A stretch of DNA of 63,781 nucleotides, counting the filler, from Octopus bimaculoides (lineage: Eukaryota): assembly GCF_001194135.2 (NCBI RefSeq). It is 3 parts of 3 records of this genome, joined end to end, with 100 filler letters (N's around TTAATTAATTAA, not from the genome) between each part and the next. Parts side by side here need not be neighbours in the genome. Positions count along the whole stretch, not along the records: positions 26,082 to 57,756 come from NC_068990.1; 2 more parts are not named here. One strand, 5' to 3'. Position 1 is the stretch's first letter, and every line of letters begins with the position of its first letter. Shown here in pieces: positions 38,891-52,030 of this stretch. Under the pieces are notes generated by a model, which saw nothing but the letters and a program-made list of their open reading frames with translations, made no database searches and had not been told where the DNA came from. The translations under genes and the position numbers were made by a program.

Positions 38891-39689
38891 ATGTTTACAA
38901 ATGAAAGAAAACAATGGAGTGAATGGAGTGAATCATTTGCTATTTCTCCAATGTACATATCCTCATCATTATATATTGAGTGCTTTTTCCTTGTGTTTGT
39001 CAAGATAAAAGTAGACTCACTTCAAACTTGTTGATCCCTTTCTATGAACTGACAATAAATAGCCGAAAATGAAGAAGCATTCTCACTTCTATATTCTTTG
39101 AAGAATATAAAATACTCTTCAGGAAGTTGTACACCATATAGCTCACTAAAAGAAAAAGCACAAATGACTGAATTTTTTTCCTTCATCACAGTGGTTACTG
39201 GGCTCACCACAAACAAATACACATTCAAAATGCAAGAGAAATCCCTCTCAAATTTTAAGCACTTTGAACTTCTTAGCATTTAAACTGACCATATCCAGCC
39301 CATATATTCTACCCGTTTTATGCTCTGACAGGCCAGATCTGGCCTCTCACTCCTACCCTGCAGAGTAAAGACACACTCCGGTCATGAATGACCGTGGGAT
39401 TGCACCTAGAAAGTTCCCTTCCAAAGAACAAGTCCCAGCAAAGTTGTTTATGGAAGACCAGCATTCGCCCATGCATACCAGCCTCCTCTCTCCACACCAC
39501 CAATGTTATTTAAGGAAAAGGCAGAGGCCAATATAGGTTGGCACCAATGATGTTGCAACTTATTTCTATAGCTGAATGAGCTGGAGCAATGTGAAATAAA
39601 GTGTCCTGAATAATAATAATGACAATAATAATAATAATAATAANNNNNNNNNNAATGTGAAATAAAGTGTCCTGAATAATAATAATGAC

Positions 39690-39752
<63 letters not shown>

Positions 39753-41651
39753 TCAAAACACTTGGAATACATAAGTAGTACATTTGCTGATACAATCTGA
39801 ATGCCAAAAGGTTTAAAACACTGAATCCAGTCTCATCATTCTGAAGAAAGTGCAAAATTTTGTTACAATGGTTCCTTCCAAAATACTTCAAAGAAAATAT
39901 ATGAATAAAACATGACCATACACTCTAAGCTCCTGACAAACAACTGAAAGATACAAAAAAAAAAGAACAAAGTCCTTTCATATACATGTCATAAGCACAA
40001 CTACAAAGGAACTAATAAGCACTAGTTTCCTGACTCTGTGGACTGCCTCACCATTCTTATACCTTGCATTACCCTCAAGGACTATAAAGCAAACTTCCTT
40101 GCTCAGTCAAAACCAAATATGAAATAGTTATCCAGTGCATTTTTAATTCTGTCAGTGTCATGACAGCACAATGATGCTAGGAAAACAGTACCATCACCAA
40201 GTAGTTCTATGGTATTCAGGAGAGAATTCTACAATGTATATCTCGATACCAAGGTAATAATGACTGCCAAGAAATCACTGTTATATTATGGTTTCTCCTG
40301 CTTCAAAAAAAAAAGAATAATTCTTTGACATTTCCATATCAATTTATGACACAGCTGAAGTGGCTGATCAACATCATCCTTTAATGTCTGTTTTCCATGC
40401 TGGCATGGGTTGGATGATTTGACCAGAGCTGGCAAACAAAAGAGCTGGATCAGGTTCCTGTCTGAATTGGCTTGGTTTCTATGGCTGGATGCACTTCCTA
40501 ATGCCTACCACTTTACAGTGTGTGCTGGGTGCTTTTAATGTAGCACTGGCACAAGTGCTCTTATGAGACATTGGCATGAGAGCTTTTTATGTGGCACAGG
40601 ACTCTTGCAGGCCAATCCCCTTCACCAGAGGATACGGCCTTAACTCTTCTGCTGTGGAGAGCAGGTCTTCTTGAGTTTACTCTTTTACTCTTTTACTTGT
40701 TTCAGTCATTTGACTGTGACAATGCTGGAGCACTGCCTTTAGTTGAGCAAATCGCCCCCAGGACTTATTCTTTGTAAGTCTAGTACTTATTCTATCGGTC
40801 ACTTTTGCCGAACTGCTAAGTTACAGGGACGTAAACACACCAACATCGGTTGTCAAGCGATGTTGGGGAGACAAACACAGACACACATATATAAATATAT
40901 ACGACGGGCTTCTTTCAGTTTCTGTCTTCTTTCAGGTTTTGGTTGACGAAAAGGTGTAGTAGAAGACACTTGTCCAAGGTGCAATGCAGTGGGACAGAAC
41001 CCGTAACCATATGGTTGGGAAGCAAGCTTCTTCCGTCACAGCCATGCCTGTGCTTATATATATATGTATATGTATGTGTGTGTGTGTGTGTGNNNNNNNN
41101 NNNNNNNNNNNNNNNNNNNNNNNNNNNNNNNNNNNNNNNNNNNNNNNNNNNNNNNNNNNNNNNNNNNNNNNNNNNNNNNNNNNNNNNNNNNNNNNNNNNN
41201 NNNNNNNNNNNNNNNNNNNNNNNNNNNNNNNNNNNNNNNNNNNNNNNNNNNNNNNNNNNNNNNNNNNNNNNNNNNNNNNNNNNNNNNNNNNNNNNNNNNN
41301 NNNNNNNNNNNNNNNNNNNNNNNNNNNNNNNNNNNNNNNNNNNNNNNNNNNNNNNNNNNNNNNNNNNNNNNNNNNNNNNNNNNNNNNNNNNNNNNNNNNN
41401 NNNNNNNNNNNNNNNNNNNNNNNNNNNNNNNNNNNNNNNACACACACACACACACATATATATATACATATATACATATGTACGATGGGCTTCTTTCAGT
41501 TTCTGTCTTCTTTCAGGTTTTGGTTGACGAAAAGGTGTAGTAGAAGACACTTGTCCAAGGTGCAATGCAGTGGGACAGAACCCGTAACCATATGGTTGGG
41601 AAGCAAGCTTCTTCCGTCACAGCCATGCCTGTGCTTATATATATATGTATA

Positions 41652-41693
<42 letters not shown>

Positions 41694-42864
41694 CGTGCGT
41701 GTGTGCGTGCATACACATATCAAATTAAAAGGCAATTCAGAAATCCAAGTGATACATATATAGGTGTGTATGCATGTGTAGTTACTGACAAACACATATA
41801 TTTTTATGCATGTGTCTGTATATGCATACGCACGCATGTGCATGTGTGTGTGTGAGGTTATGTCTGAAAGCCTCTTGTAAATGTTTGCCTTTTGTATGGT
41901 ATTGTAATGTAGTGTAGTAACTGTAATCCTACATAATGTTTATTGTCATATTCGTCTTTGGTCCATGTAGCTAATAAAAAAAACTTTTTTTTTTCAAACA
42001 TACAGTTCATGCAGAAGCACACTCACACACACACACACACACACATACACATGCACACGCACACGCACACGCACAAATACTCACATCCATGCATAGCCGT
42101 ATGCATATGTATACATAGACACATACATAGAAAACTAGACAAAAAAATTAAAAAGCCAGTAAGTTAAGAAATCATGAAGCATGATGCTCCATGACTAGAA
42201 TCTTCCTGACAGGAGAAAGTAAACACTTTCCAGTAATGATTTTATTGAATACAGTCATTCTTTCTTTCTTTCTCTCTTATTCAAATCTCTTTATCTTCAA
42301 CAGAAGCAATGTTTGGTAGTAAAGTTTCATGAATGGTTGATATTATCATTATTATTATCATTATTATTATTGATACCATTGTTGTTATTATTGTTGTTAT
42401 TTAAAAGAAATCATGATTATTACTATTATTTTTATTATTATTATTATTATTATTGATGTTGTTGTTGTTGCTGTTGCTATTAACATTATTATTTGTATAA
42501 AATGCTTTGTATGTTGTATTATGAGCTCCTGTGGCCAATAAAGAAATCATTACTGCTGTTGTCAGTCATTGTTTTCGTTATTGCTGTGGATACTGTTGCT
42601 TGTTGTTATTGTGTGGGAGAAATAATGATACAGGAGCAAATGAAAGGAGCAGCAGCTTCTGTTATTTATTTATATGTCTCTCTCTCTCTCTCTCTCTCTG
42701 TCTTTCTTTCTCTCTCTTTCTCTCTCCCAATTTCACTTTTATGGTTTGTATCCAAATCTCATTCCCCCTTGCATTTGAATTTTCCTTTTATGCCTTTAGA
42801 TGTAGATTCACTCTTTAGCATTCAGATTACTTGCCAATCCTTCTGGTGATGTAAAGCGCTCATG

Positions 42865-43030
42865 GTAGTACCACGTAAAAGCGCCCATGCAGTACCATGT
42901 AAAAGAACCCAGGTGACAACATGTAAAAGCACCCATGTGATGCCATGTAAAATTGCCAATGCAGCACCATGTAAAAGCATTCATGTGGTACCATGTAAAA
43001 GTGTCTGTGTGGTGTCATGTAAAAGCACTC
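42865..43030 (+). repeat. About 24-bp degenerate tandem repeat (about 7 units, core catgtaaaagc) inside a family D SINE
   Basis: Units such as gtaccacgtaaaagcgcccatgca, gtaccatgtaaaagaacccaggtg and ggtaccatgtaaaagtgtctgtgt. Confidence 0.8.
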
Positions 43031-45822
43031 AGCACACTTCATAAAATGGTTGGCATTAGGAAAGGCATCCAGCTGTAGAAACCATACCAAATCAGACTGG
43101 TGTCTGGTGCAGCTCCCCAGCTTGTCAGCTCTGGTCAAACCATTCAACCCATATCAGCATGGACAACAGACATTAAATGATGATGATGATGATTACTTTG
43201 TTAATTGTAATGCTTATTTGTTCATTCTGTTTTAAATTAATCATAGTTTTGAGATTTTGATGATGTGATTGTTTACTTTTAGAATGACATTTTAGGCTAA
43301 GTGTGAAAATCTGAATCTGGATGTTTGAATATAGAACAGGTAGAACGTTTGGGCCAGATATGGCTAGTCTAAGTGCTAAAGGGTTAGATCTAATAAAAGC
43401 CATTCTTGTTTTTATATAGTTAAGCTCTTTGCTCCCTATGGGGTATTGGCCATCAGTGACTTCTCCCCACTGTTCTTAACTCTGGGCTGTTCTTCACATC
43501 CCCACTGAAGCAGGGCCTCTCTCAGGTCATGTTGGCTTTGAATTGCCACATAAAAAGCACCCAGCACACTCTGTTCATATTAGGAAGGGCATCTGGCCAT
43601 AGAAACCATGCCAAAACAGACAATTGGAGCCTGGTGCAGCTCTCCAGCTGGTTAACTGCTGCCAAACTGTCCATCCCATGCCAGCATGGAAAACAGATAT
43701 ATGATGATAATGACAATAATAATGATGATGATGAATGTTTCTGTATTTTGCTTTTTTTCTAGGTAGAGGTGTTGGTCTTTCACAAACCGATTTTTATGTA
43801 AGGGTAAACGTGGTTCATATTAATCTGGCCTCCATCCTTTGACCTGTCCTGCATGGGAGGCCCTACCAGGGTCACTGAGGCACAGACATCACCACATTTT
43901 AACAAGGACTGAGTCTTGTGATGATTTGTCATGTACTGGGAGACTGATATTTGGCATTATGAACTGAGGTGGGGAAGCAACCAGCTTCGTGTGAACATAT
44001 TACTTTTTTACAGTTTCTGATCAGTCTTTCTGATATCTAATATCATTAATGTCAATATCTTATTTTTATCTTTTTGCTTTTTATGTTTTACTTGTTTCAG
44101 TCATTGGACTGCAGCCATGCTAGGACATTGCTTTGAAGGGTTTAATCAATTAAACCAACTCCAGTACTTAATTTTTTAACTTTTGAACTTATTCTATTGA
44201 TGTCCTTTACTGAACCACTGAGTCACAGAGACATAAACAAACCAACATCAGTTGCCAAGCATTGACACACAAATATATATCTATATCTATCTATCTATAT
44301 ATATATATACACACATACAAAACAGATTTCCTTCAGTTTCCATGTACCAAATCCTCTCACAAGGCTTTGGTTGTCCCAGGGCTATAGCAAAAGACATTTG
44401 CCAAAGGTGCCACACAATGGGAATGAACCCAAAACCATGTGGTTGGGAAGCAAACTTCTTACCACACAGCTATGCCTCTGCTTTGCAAAACAAATAGTCA
44501 AATTGGTGTTAACATAATAAACGTTGGAAGCATTAAAAAAAAAATCAATCATCAATCCATGTTGCTACACAAGACATTCATCACAGTTTAAAGTCATTGA
44601 TAAAACTTAATCACTTGTTAAAATAAATAAAATATAATAAAAATAATTGAAGCAGTCATGTTTAAAGCAGGCAGAGGAATCATCCAAAGTAGAAAGTAAC
44701 TAACTCTAATTGTTTCAAATTTTGGCAAAAGGCCAGCAAGTTCAAGAAGGGTATGTTGATGTAATCAACCCCAGTGTTTAACTGGTCTTATTTTATCAAC
44801 CCTAGAAGGATGAAATATAGTTGACTTCGGCAGAATTTGAACTCAGAATGTGAAGCTGAATGAAATACTGCAAAGCCTTAATTTGGTGTACTAATGATTC
44901 TGCCTGCTTGCTGTGTTAACTCAGTCTAATTGTATAAATTAGTAAATACCATATTTTCTGGCATACAAGTCAAAGCAGTATATAGTGTAAACACGTAGCA
45001 CAAACATTCAAACACTGTCAGTATCTTTCTGAATCCTGTTGCATTTCACATGGAATTTTTGGTCCTCCAAAGTTGTCTTGCTGCATAAATTGACTTAATT
45101 TTTCTTGGCTGTCAATTTTGATCTGATATATCTTACTTGTACCCAGGAAAATACACTAATTAATCCATTTGTATATAAGTTGCAGTAAATCAAAGACCTG
45201 TGGGAGATTTGCCTGCTATTTCTAGCAGGTGGAACAACTGCCTAGAGGCATTTTTGTTGGATGAAACATCTTTTAAATTTCTGTAAAGTAATTGACAAAT
45301 GATTGTAGACACCACTGAGTTGGGAGGGGCATTATCCCTTCAGCATTTAAACAAGCCACATCTGGCCAAAATATTTTGTTTTATGTTCTAACTGGCAAAA
45401 TCTGATCTCTCACACCTACCCTGCAATGTCATACTAAAAGTAAACAATCACATCATCAAACTCTCAAAGCTAAAAGATAATGCATGGTTAATTTAAAGCA
45501 ATGTGAATATATAAGCATTACATTTAACAGAGTAATCTGAATGCTAAAGGATTATAGTTTTGGTTTTCTTAAGGGTGATGTTACAACCTTGATATATTCT
45601 CTAAATTGCTGATGCTACAATGAAATGCACCCAGTACACTCTATAAAGTGGTTGGTATTAGGAAGGGCATCCATCCATAGAAACTATAGCACAGCAAAAT
45701 CTACAAGTGATATAAAATCCTTCCTGAGCATACCAAAGATAGTAGTAACTCTAAATAAGAACCATCTCAGACAACACTGACACATCCTATCCATGCTAGC
45801 ATGGAAAGTGGACATAAAACAG

Positions 45823-45857
<35 letters not shown>

Positions 45858-46184
45858 GTGATGATGACAACAACAACAATGATGATGACGATGGTACTAG
45901 ATGTTAGTTATTGCTGATTGCTAGTAATTGAAGTGAGTGCATATTAATTAGTCTCAACTGCAATTAATTGTTATTAATTGCTGTTAATTATTAGTGTTTG
46001 TTGTTGAATTGGTAAAAATTTGTTAGAGTGTCAGTCAAAAAAGCCTTATGGTATCTGTTCTGGAATTTTATTTTTTGAGTTCAAGTCCTGGTGAAATCAT
46101 TTTGCCTTTACCAGGCTAGTAGTAGGATCAATGGTGTCAACCAACTTCCCTCAAAGATGATGACCTTGTGCCTAAATTAGAAAC

Positions 46185-46232
<48 letters not shown>

Positions 46233-46240
46233 CATTATTA

Positions 46241-46271
<31 letters not shown>

Positions 46272-46468
46272 AGCCTAGTGGTTAAGGTGTTGCACTCATG
46301 ATTTAGCGATCATGATTTCAATTCCTAGACCAAGTGATGTGTTGTGTTCTTGAGCAAAATGCTTCATTCCACATTGCTCTGCAATCACTTCGACACCTAA
46401 TGCATGGTATACACTGTGCACTTGTTCCTCCCCTCAAAAACTGCTGGTACTCTGCCAAAATCTGAAAC

Positions 46469-46511
<43 letters not shown>

Positions 46512-46606
46512 GGTGGTGGTGAGTTGGCAAAATAGTAAGCATGCTTTTCATTCTTTACATTCTTGAGTTCAACATCTACTGAGAATGACTTGAAAGTATT
46601 ACATTA

Positions 46607-46925
46607 TTTACATTTGATGGATATTTGTCCTCATCTTGTTTGTTACCCATGGGCATATGAGGTAGTGGTTAAGAGCACAGCTACTAACCCCAAGATTCCA
46701 AGTTCAATTCCAGGCAGGGACCTGAATAATAATAACAATAATAATAATAATAACATCGAAAAATACCTTAGGAATGAGAACCCAGGTTCGAAATTTCCTC
46801 AAGACGCATGATGAAAGCTGTAGGGTATATCAGCCGAAACGTTGTGTTAACAACAACAAACAAGATGACAAATATCTGCCAAATGTAATACATAATTTCT
46901 CATCTCTTAAATAGCGAACTGCATT
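46607..46925 (+). mobile_element. Short tRNA-headed element with hammerhead-like core and inverted terminal segments (Penelope-type)
   Basis: A/B boxes at 46661-46711, an (AAT)n spacer, aTGATGA-a-agctg...cagcc-GAAAC at 46808-46840, and inverted repeat 46607-46644 / 46854-46888. Confidence 0.6.
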
Positions 46926-47012
46926 TGAAATTATTATTGTTGTTAACATTATTATTATTACTATTATTACTATTATTATTATTTTATGTTTGACTTTTGC
47001 TTTGCATTTGTA

Positions 47013-47050
<38 letters not shown>

Positions 47051-47221
47051 GGGTGGCGAGTTCAAATTCCATTGAGGTTGACTTTGCCTGTCATCCTTTC
47101 GGGGTTGATGAAATAAGTACCAGTTATGCACTGGAGTCGATGTAATCGACTGGCCCCCTTCCCTGAAAAATTTTCAAGGCCTTGTGTCTAGAGTAGAAAT
47201 AATAATAATAATTATTATTAT

Positions 47222-47258
<37 letters not shown>

Positions 47259-47267
47259 TGTTGTTGT

Positions 47268-47308
<41 letters not shown>

Positions 47309-48559
47309 ATATATATTATTAATAATTCATATAATTGCAGCATCTGCCATGTACTGGAATCTACTTAAATGGCTGCAAACTCCTCCAAAACTTGCCATTT
47401 TGTATCATAGTTAGAAATCAATTATTAGTGTGTGTGAGTGTGTTGTAAAGTTACAGCTCATGATTGGTAATAATTGCTAGAGATCACTAGCAGAGGGTAA
47501 TGATTGCTTTTGATGGCATGTGTTCAATAGTGATTGGCAGCAACTGCAAATGAATGTTCATGATTACTAGTCAATGCTTGTGATATCAAGTAGCTGCTTT
47601 TCCTTTTTCTTATGTTTTTTTTTTCTAATCGTTTCATAAAAAGGGCTGTATTTATGGTTTTTGCAGGGGCCAGCAAAGCTAGTAAAAATCAACACTTTTC
47701 TTTATCGTTGAATGTTAGTGACTAAAAATGATTGCTATCCATTGAATGCTGTGCAATGTCCCTGATATTAGAGTAATACTGTTTACTGTAATTTACCATT
47801 TCAGAAGCTTGTCAGCTGCTTTGGGCTGAAATAGAAACATATATTTCCAAAGAATTCATATTTCCTACAATAGAAACCACATCACTGTAAAATGTCAGAA
47901 AATCATGTATTAAAGATAATACATACATAAATCTCAGCCAAACATATATGTATTTTCTATTTCCATATGCAGGCAAAAATGGTGACATTTTTATCGTTTA
48001 ATATTTTCTCCACTGTCAAGTCAGCAGTGTTGTCAACATTTCATATCCCTACTGTATATACTACATACATATAACCAACATTGTCTATTTTTATAGAGAA
48101 ACAATGCTTAAGAAGTCAGCATCTTAATAAAGTATTGTTGACTTGAGTGGACCAATGTAGGTAGTAGAGTTCATTGAATATAGATAGAAATTTATTATTT
48201 CTGGATCAACAAACTCAATAAATAGTTTAGACAAACAATATTCTGAATAAATCATAACAACATTAAGTTAATAAATATATTCAAAATAATATAAATATAA
48301 GATGAAGCTAAAAACATTTATAATTATTTTACAATTATGTTTGTTTAAAAACCATTTTGTTTTTTGCTTGATTTCTTTTTGTTACTTCTGCTATAATGAA
48401 TCATTATTTTATAAATTTAAGTGATTAAGCTTTACTGTTGGGGAAATATTTTGTACCACCACCACCGCTGTCGCCACCACCGCCACCGCCGCCGCCGCCG
48501 CCACCGCCATTACCAGTATCAAGATGATTTGTACTAGGTAACAAAATGCCAATGTTGTG

Positions 48560-48925
48560 ACTGCTGTTCAATGCTCTGTGAACACTTGCAGACTGTAAGA
48601 TGTGACATGGACAGCTGCAGCAGAGACTATGAAGCCATGGCCACCAGGAAGGAACACACAACAGATGTTCTGAGGGTGTCATGCTACCCCACATCTTTGA
48701 ACAGGGTCTTGAGTTCAATTCAGATAGTTATGTAAAGCTTTGAAGACTGTGGTCAACCCTGGCTAAAGGGGGTTGCTACTGGAAAGCTATATGTGTGGCA
48801 GTAGGATTTAGCTCCTTGACATACCTCTGCAATGACTCAGAAATGGTTGTTGGAGACTTTCACCAACTTCATCAGCCTCAATTTCTGAACTCTGAATTCT
48901 CCTGATTGTAATTCTATGGATTGCT
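48560..48925 (+). mobile_element. Highly degraded fragment of the same maT-like transposase family
   Basis: Translation resembles KTVV(N)PWLKGVATGKLYVWQ*DLAP*HTSAMTQKWL...EFS*L*FYG, parallel to the 62249 element. Confidence 0.65.
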
Positions 48926-48929
48926 GTGC

Positions 48930-48968
<39 letters not shown>

Positions 48969-51155
48969 GGTGTCTGGGTTAAATTTGACTGTTTACATAC
49001 AAAGAAAAGAAAACACTTCCTATTCATACATACATACATACATACATACGTACATACATACATACATACATACATACATACGTACATACATTCATACATA
49101 CATACATACATACATACATACACACACATAAACTTGTGACAGTGTGCTCCATCCTCTACAAAAAAAAAAAAAAAAGATCTCCTCAACATTGCCATCTACA
49201 GCTTTATCACTTCACTTCCAGTCTAATATTTCAAAGAGCTAATGTGGAGACTTGTAAGTAATCACCTCTTCTAGCATTGTTAGTGTTTTGCTCTAATCAG
49301 TGTTCAATAACATATTCAGCCTAATTTATCATGTGCATTGATTAAAGGCTTTCTTAAAAATATTTATATCCTGACTAATGAGTTTAGTTAAAGGTGAGAA
49401 AAGTTGACTAATACTTCTACTGTAGATATTTATCTTGATAATTTACTCAGTGAATGTAAAGATGCACAAGATTGTTCATGGTATAGGATACATGACTTTT
49501 CCAGACATATAGGAAAATCATTTCAGATAATTTGAAATATGTGTTGAAAATGCACCTGAGTATTATGTATCTGACATATTTTCATACACATTACACATCC
49601 ATAAGTGAAAATGTTCTCTAATGTTGATAAGAGTGACTAATTTCAAAATTATGTCAGAAGAAAGCATGTAACTCTAACATTGCACTCAGAAATTGAAATG
49701 ATGTAGGGTTTGAAAGAGGTGAAAACTAGAATACTATAACATAGAGAATATAACATAGGATATTGTAATCTATAATGAGCCATGTCCTATGTGGCCTGCT
49801 TTTCAAAAAAGATTGCCCATCATGACTAATTTAGAATAGGGGATGAGAATGTCAGAGAATTGTCTGACTCATGTGATGCAAGTATAAATGACAAAGCTGT
49901 TTTAAACTGAGAGCAGCAACTTCAGTATGATGAAGACGATCACCACCAACAGAATAGATGGAACTGAGACACAAATGCAAAAATTCTGAATTGAACCTTC
50001 TGTTACCATATTTCTGTTTAACTTTTCTGTCTTTATTATTTTGATTAATTTTGAAAATAATGAAGAATATTTACTAAAATAATTGTGTCATTATCAAGTT
50101 GGTGTTTGAAACTGAAATTGAAATAAGATTCCATTAGGTGGTTTTAATTTAGTTAACTTTAAAACTGGAAGTTTGTATCTTAAAATCATGGACAGTCTCA
50201 AGCAGGTTGGTATCAACAGGGTTAAAGAACATGATGTTATTTCCAGAATTTTTAAAGATAGAAACATCTCTTAACATAAAGTTGCCTCTTGGGCTGCATA
50301 GTTTTGCAGGCTGCATGTCAATCTCACAGGTACAGGTGGCACAAAATGGTACCCAGTACACATTGTAAAGTAGTTGATTTTAGGAAGTACATTCACCCAT
50401 AGAAACTATGTCACAGCAAATACTGGAGCTTGATGCAGTCCTTGAGTCCATCAGATCCTCTCAAACTATCTAATCTATGACAGCATGGCACTTAGAAATT
50501 AAATAATGACGGATGTTGTTGATGATGATGATGATGATGGAAAGCACATAAGGGTGGATGTAATTTCAAATGTATAAGGAATCTTGGATGTCCAAAAACA
50601 AATCAAGAAATCTCTCAGCTGCTATAAGGTCATACACAATGAGAAGAACAATTAAAACAAGTAACTCTATTACAATTAAAATAAAAATAAGCAAAAAACA
50701 AAAAAGAAAATGATGAAAACTCTCCATTTTTTTTTTCCTGTTAATACATACTGATGCAAGTCAATAAACTTGTAAAACATAAAATTGCAAGCAGCAATTA
50801 ATTTATTTTCTTCTTTATATTGATTTCCATACACTTTTCAGATAAGGTACTTCAGAAATTTTTTAAAATTAGCTTTTTTGAAGTCTAGACAATAATGGTA
50901 AACTTTACATGTGTTTATAAATTTCAGCTTGACTCTTCAAAAATGCACAAGACTAAATTATGGTACTTGCTTGTATTTAGCTGAAGGATCAGATTTCAAG
51001 TTTAAGGATGAACAAATCTTTAAACTACACAAGAATTTTAATGTAACTAAATATTGGAGTTGTCATTGAAAAAAATCCACCACAATGCAAGCAGATGATG
51101 GTAAACCAGCAAACAAACCATTATGAAAATATCAAACAAATTCTATTAACTGGAC

Positions 51156-51620
51156 ATCATCATCATCATCATCATCATCATCATNNNNNNNNNNATCATC
51201 ATCATCATCATCATCATCATCATCTGGTTGAGCTTGCTCAGACATTTTTTAACCCGCTATGCCATCCATCTCAGTCTGGCATTAGTTGAGGGAAGTCTTC
51301 AGGAAGGCATCCAGTGTTTCTGGTGAGTTGATATACATACATTGTGTTCAGACAACCAGCTTGAGTATGACCATGCTTTGGCATCCATAGCAGTAGGTCA
51401 CTTTCCGGCTCTTTTTTAGCCCACAAGCAATGTCCCACAAAGTGCAAGTCCCTTTCCATTATGCTGATGGAAACAAGCAGATCTCCATACAGCTGTTTCT
51501 TGTGGGGACGAATTCTCCAAGATATGTTTAAAACTGCTCTTAACATTTAGGTGTAAGTTCTATCTAGCTTGGATCCCAGTTTTTGGTAAGCATCCAGGCT
51601 TTTGTTCCATATAAAAGGAC
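51156..51620 (-). mobile_element. 3' end of an RTE-like LINE with (ATG)n tail
   Basis: MLRAVLNISWRIRPHKKQLYGDL...HFVGHCLWAKKEPESDLLLWMPKHG, followed by an (ATG)n tail at about 51220-51156. Confidence 0.75.
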
Positions 51621-51689
51621 TATAATTGCACATATAGAACTTTATCTAAATTTAAAATATACTCGATATGGATGCTCAAACTCATCTTC

Positions 51690-52030
51690 AGTACAGCAAC
51701 AAACCACAAAAAAAAAAAAATTTTAGAAATATTAGTTGTTTGAAACAGTCAAGAAGAAATATGTGCCATCATAGAGGTCAGCTGCTCTGCTGATGTGAAT
51801 AACTCTTCAAAAATCGAAGAGAAAGAAAGTAATTATGGACAACAGCTTCAAAAGCTTCAGCTTCTAATATATAGATTGTAAATTCACATCAATACTTATA
51901 ATTTGTGCACTTGGTTTTGTGAGTAAATGTCTAAGTGACAATCTGAAATAACTTGGGTTTTCAGAAAAAGAAATCAAGCTAACACACACATTACAAATAG
52001 AATCTGTAAAGAAAACAACAAAAATATGTA
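51690..52030 (+). mobile_element. Degraded C-terminus of a restriction-like endonuclease (RLE; R4/Dong/NeSL/CRE-type) non-LTR retrotransposon
   Basis: Frameshift-tolerant reading gives NKP...VV*NSQEEICAIIEVSCSADVNNSSKIEEKESNYG...ILIICALGFVSKCLSDNLK*LGFSEKEIK...LQIESVKKTTKICK, resembling the PD..E-x-x RLE tail. Confidence 0.6.

Noticed and set aside
42865-43030. CRISPR-like appearance of regularly spaced repeats
   Set aside because: The units are contiguous degenerate tandem copies inside a SINE, with no unique spacers and no cas genes, in a eukaryotic context.
46651-46724. tRNA gene candidates at SINE heads (here and at the family A, B and E heads)
   Set aside because: A/B boxes are present but acceptor and other stems are degenerate, and each continues into a repeat body; these are SINE heads.
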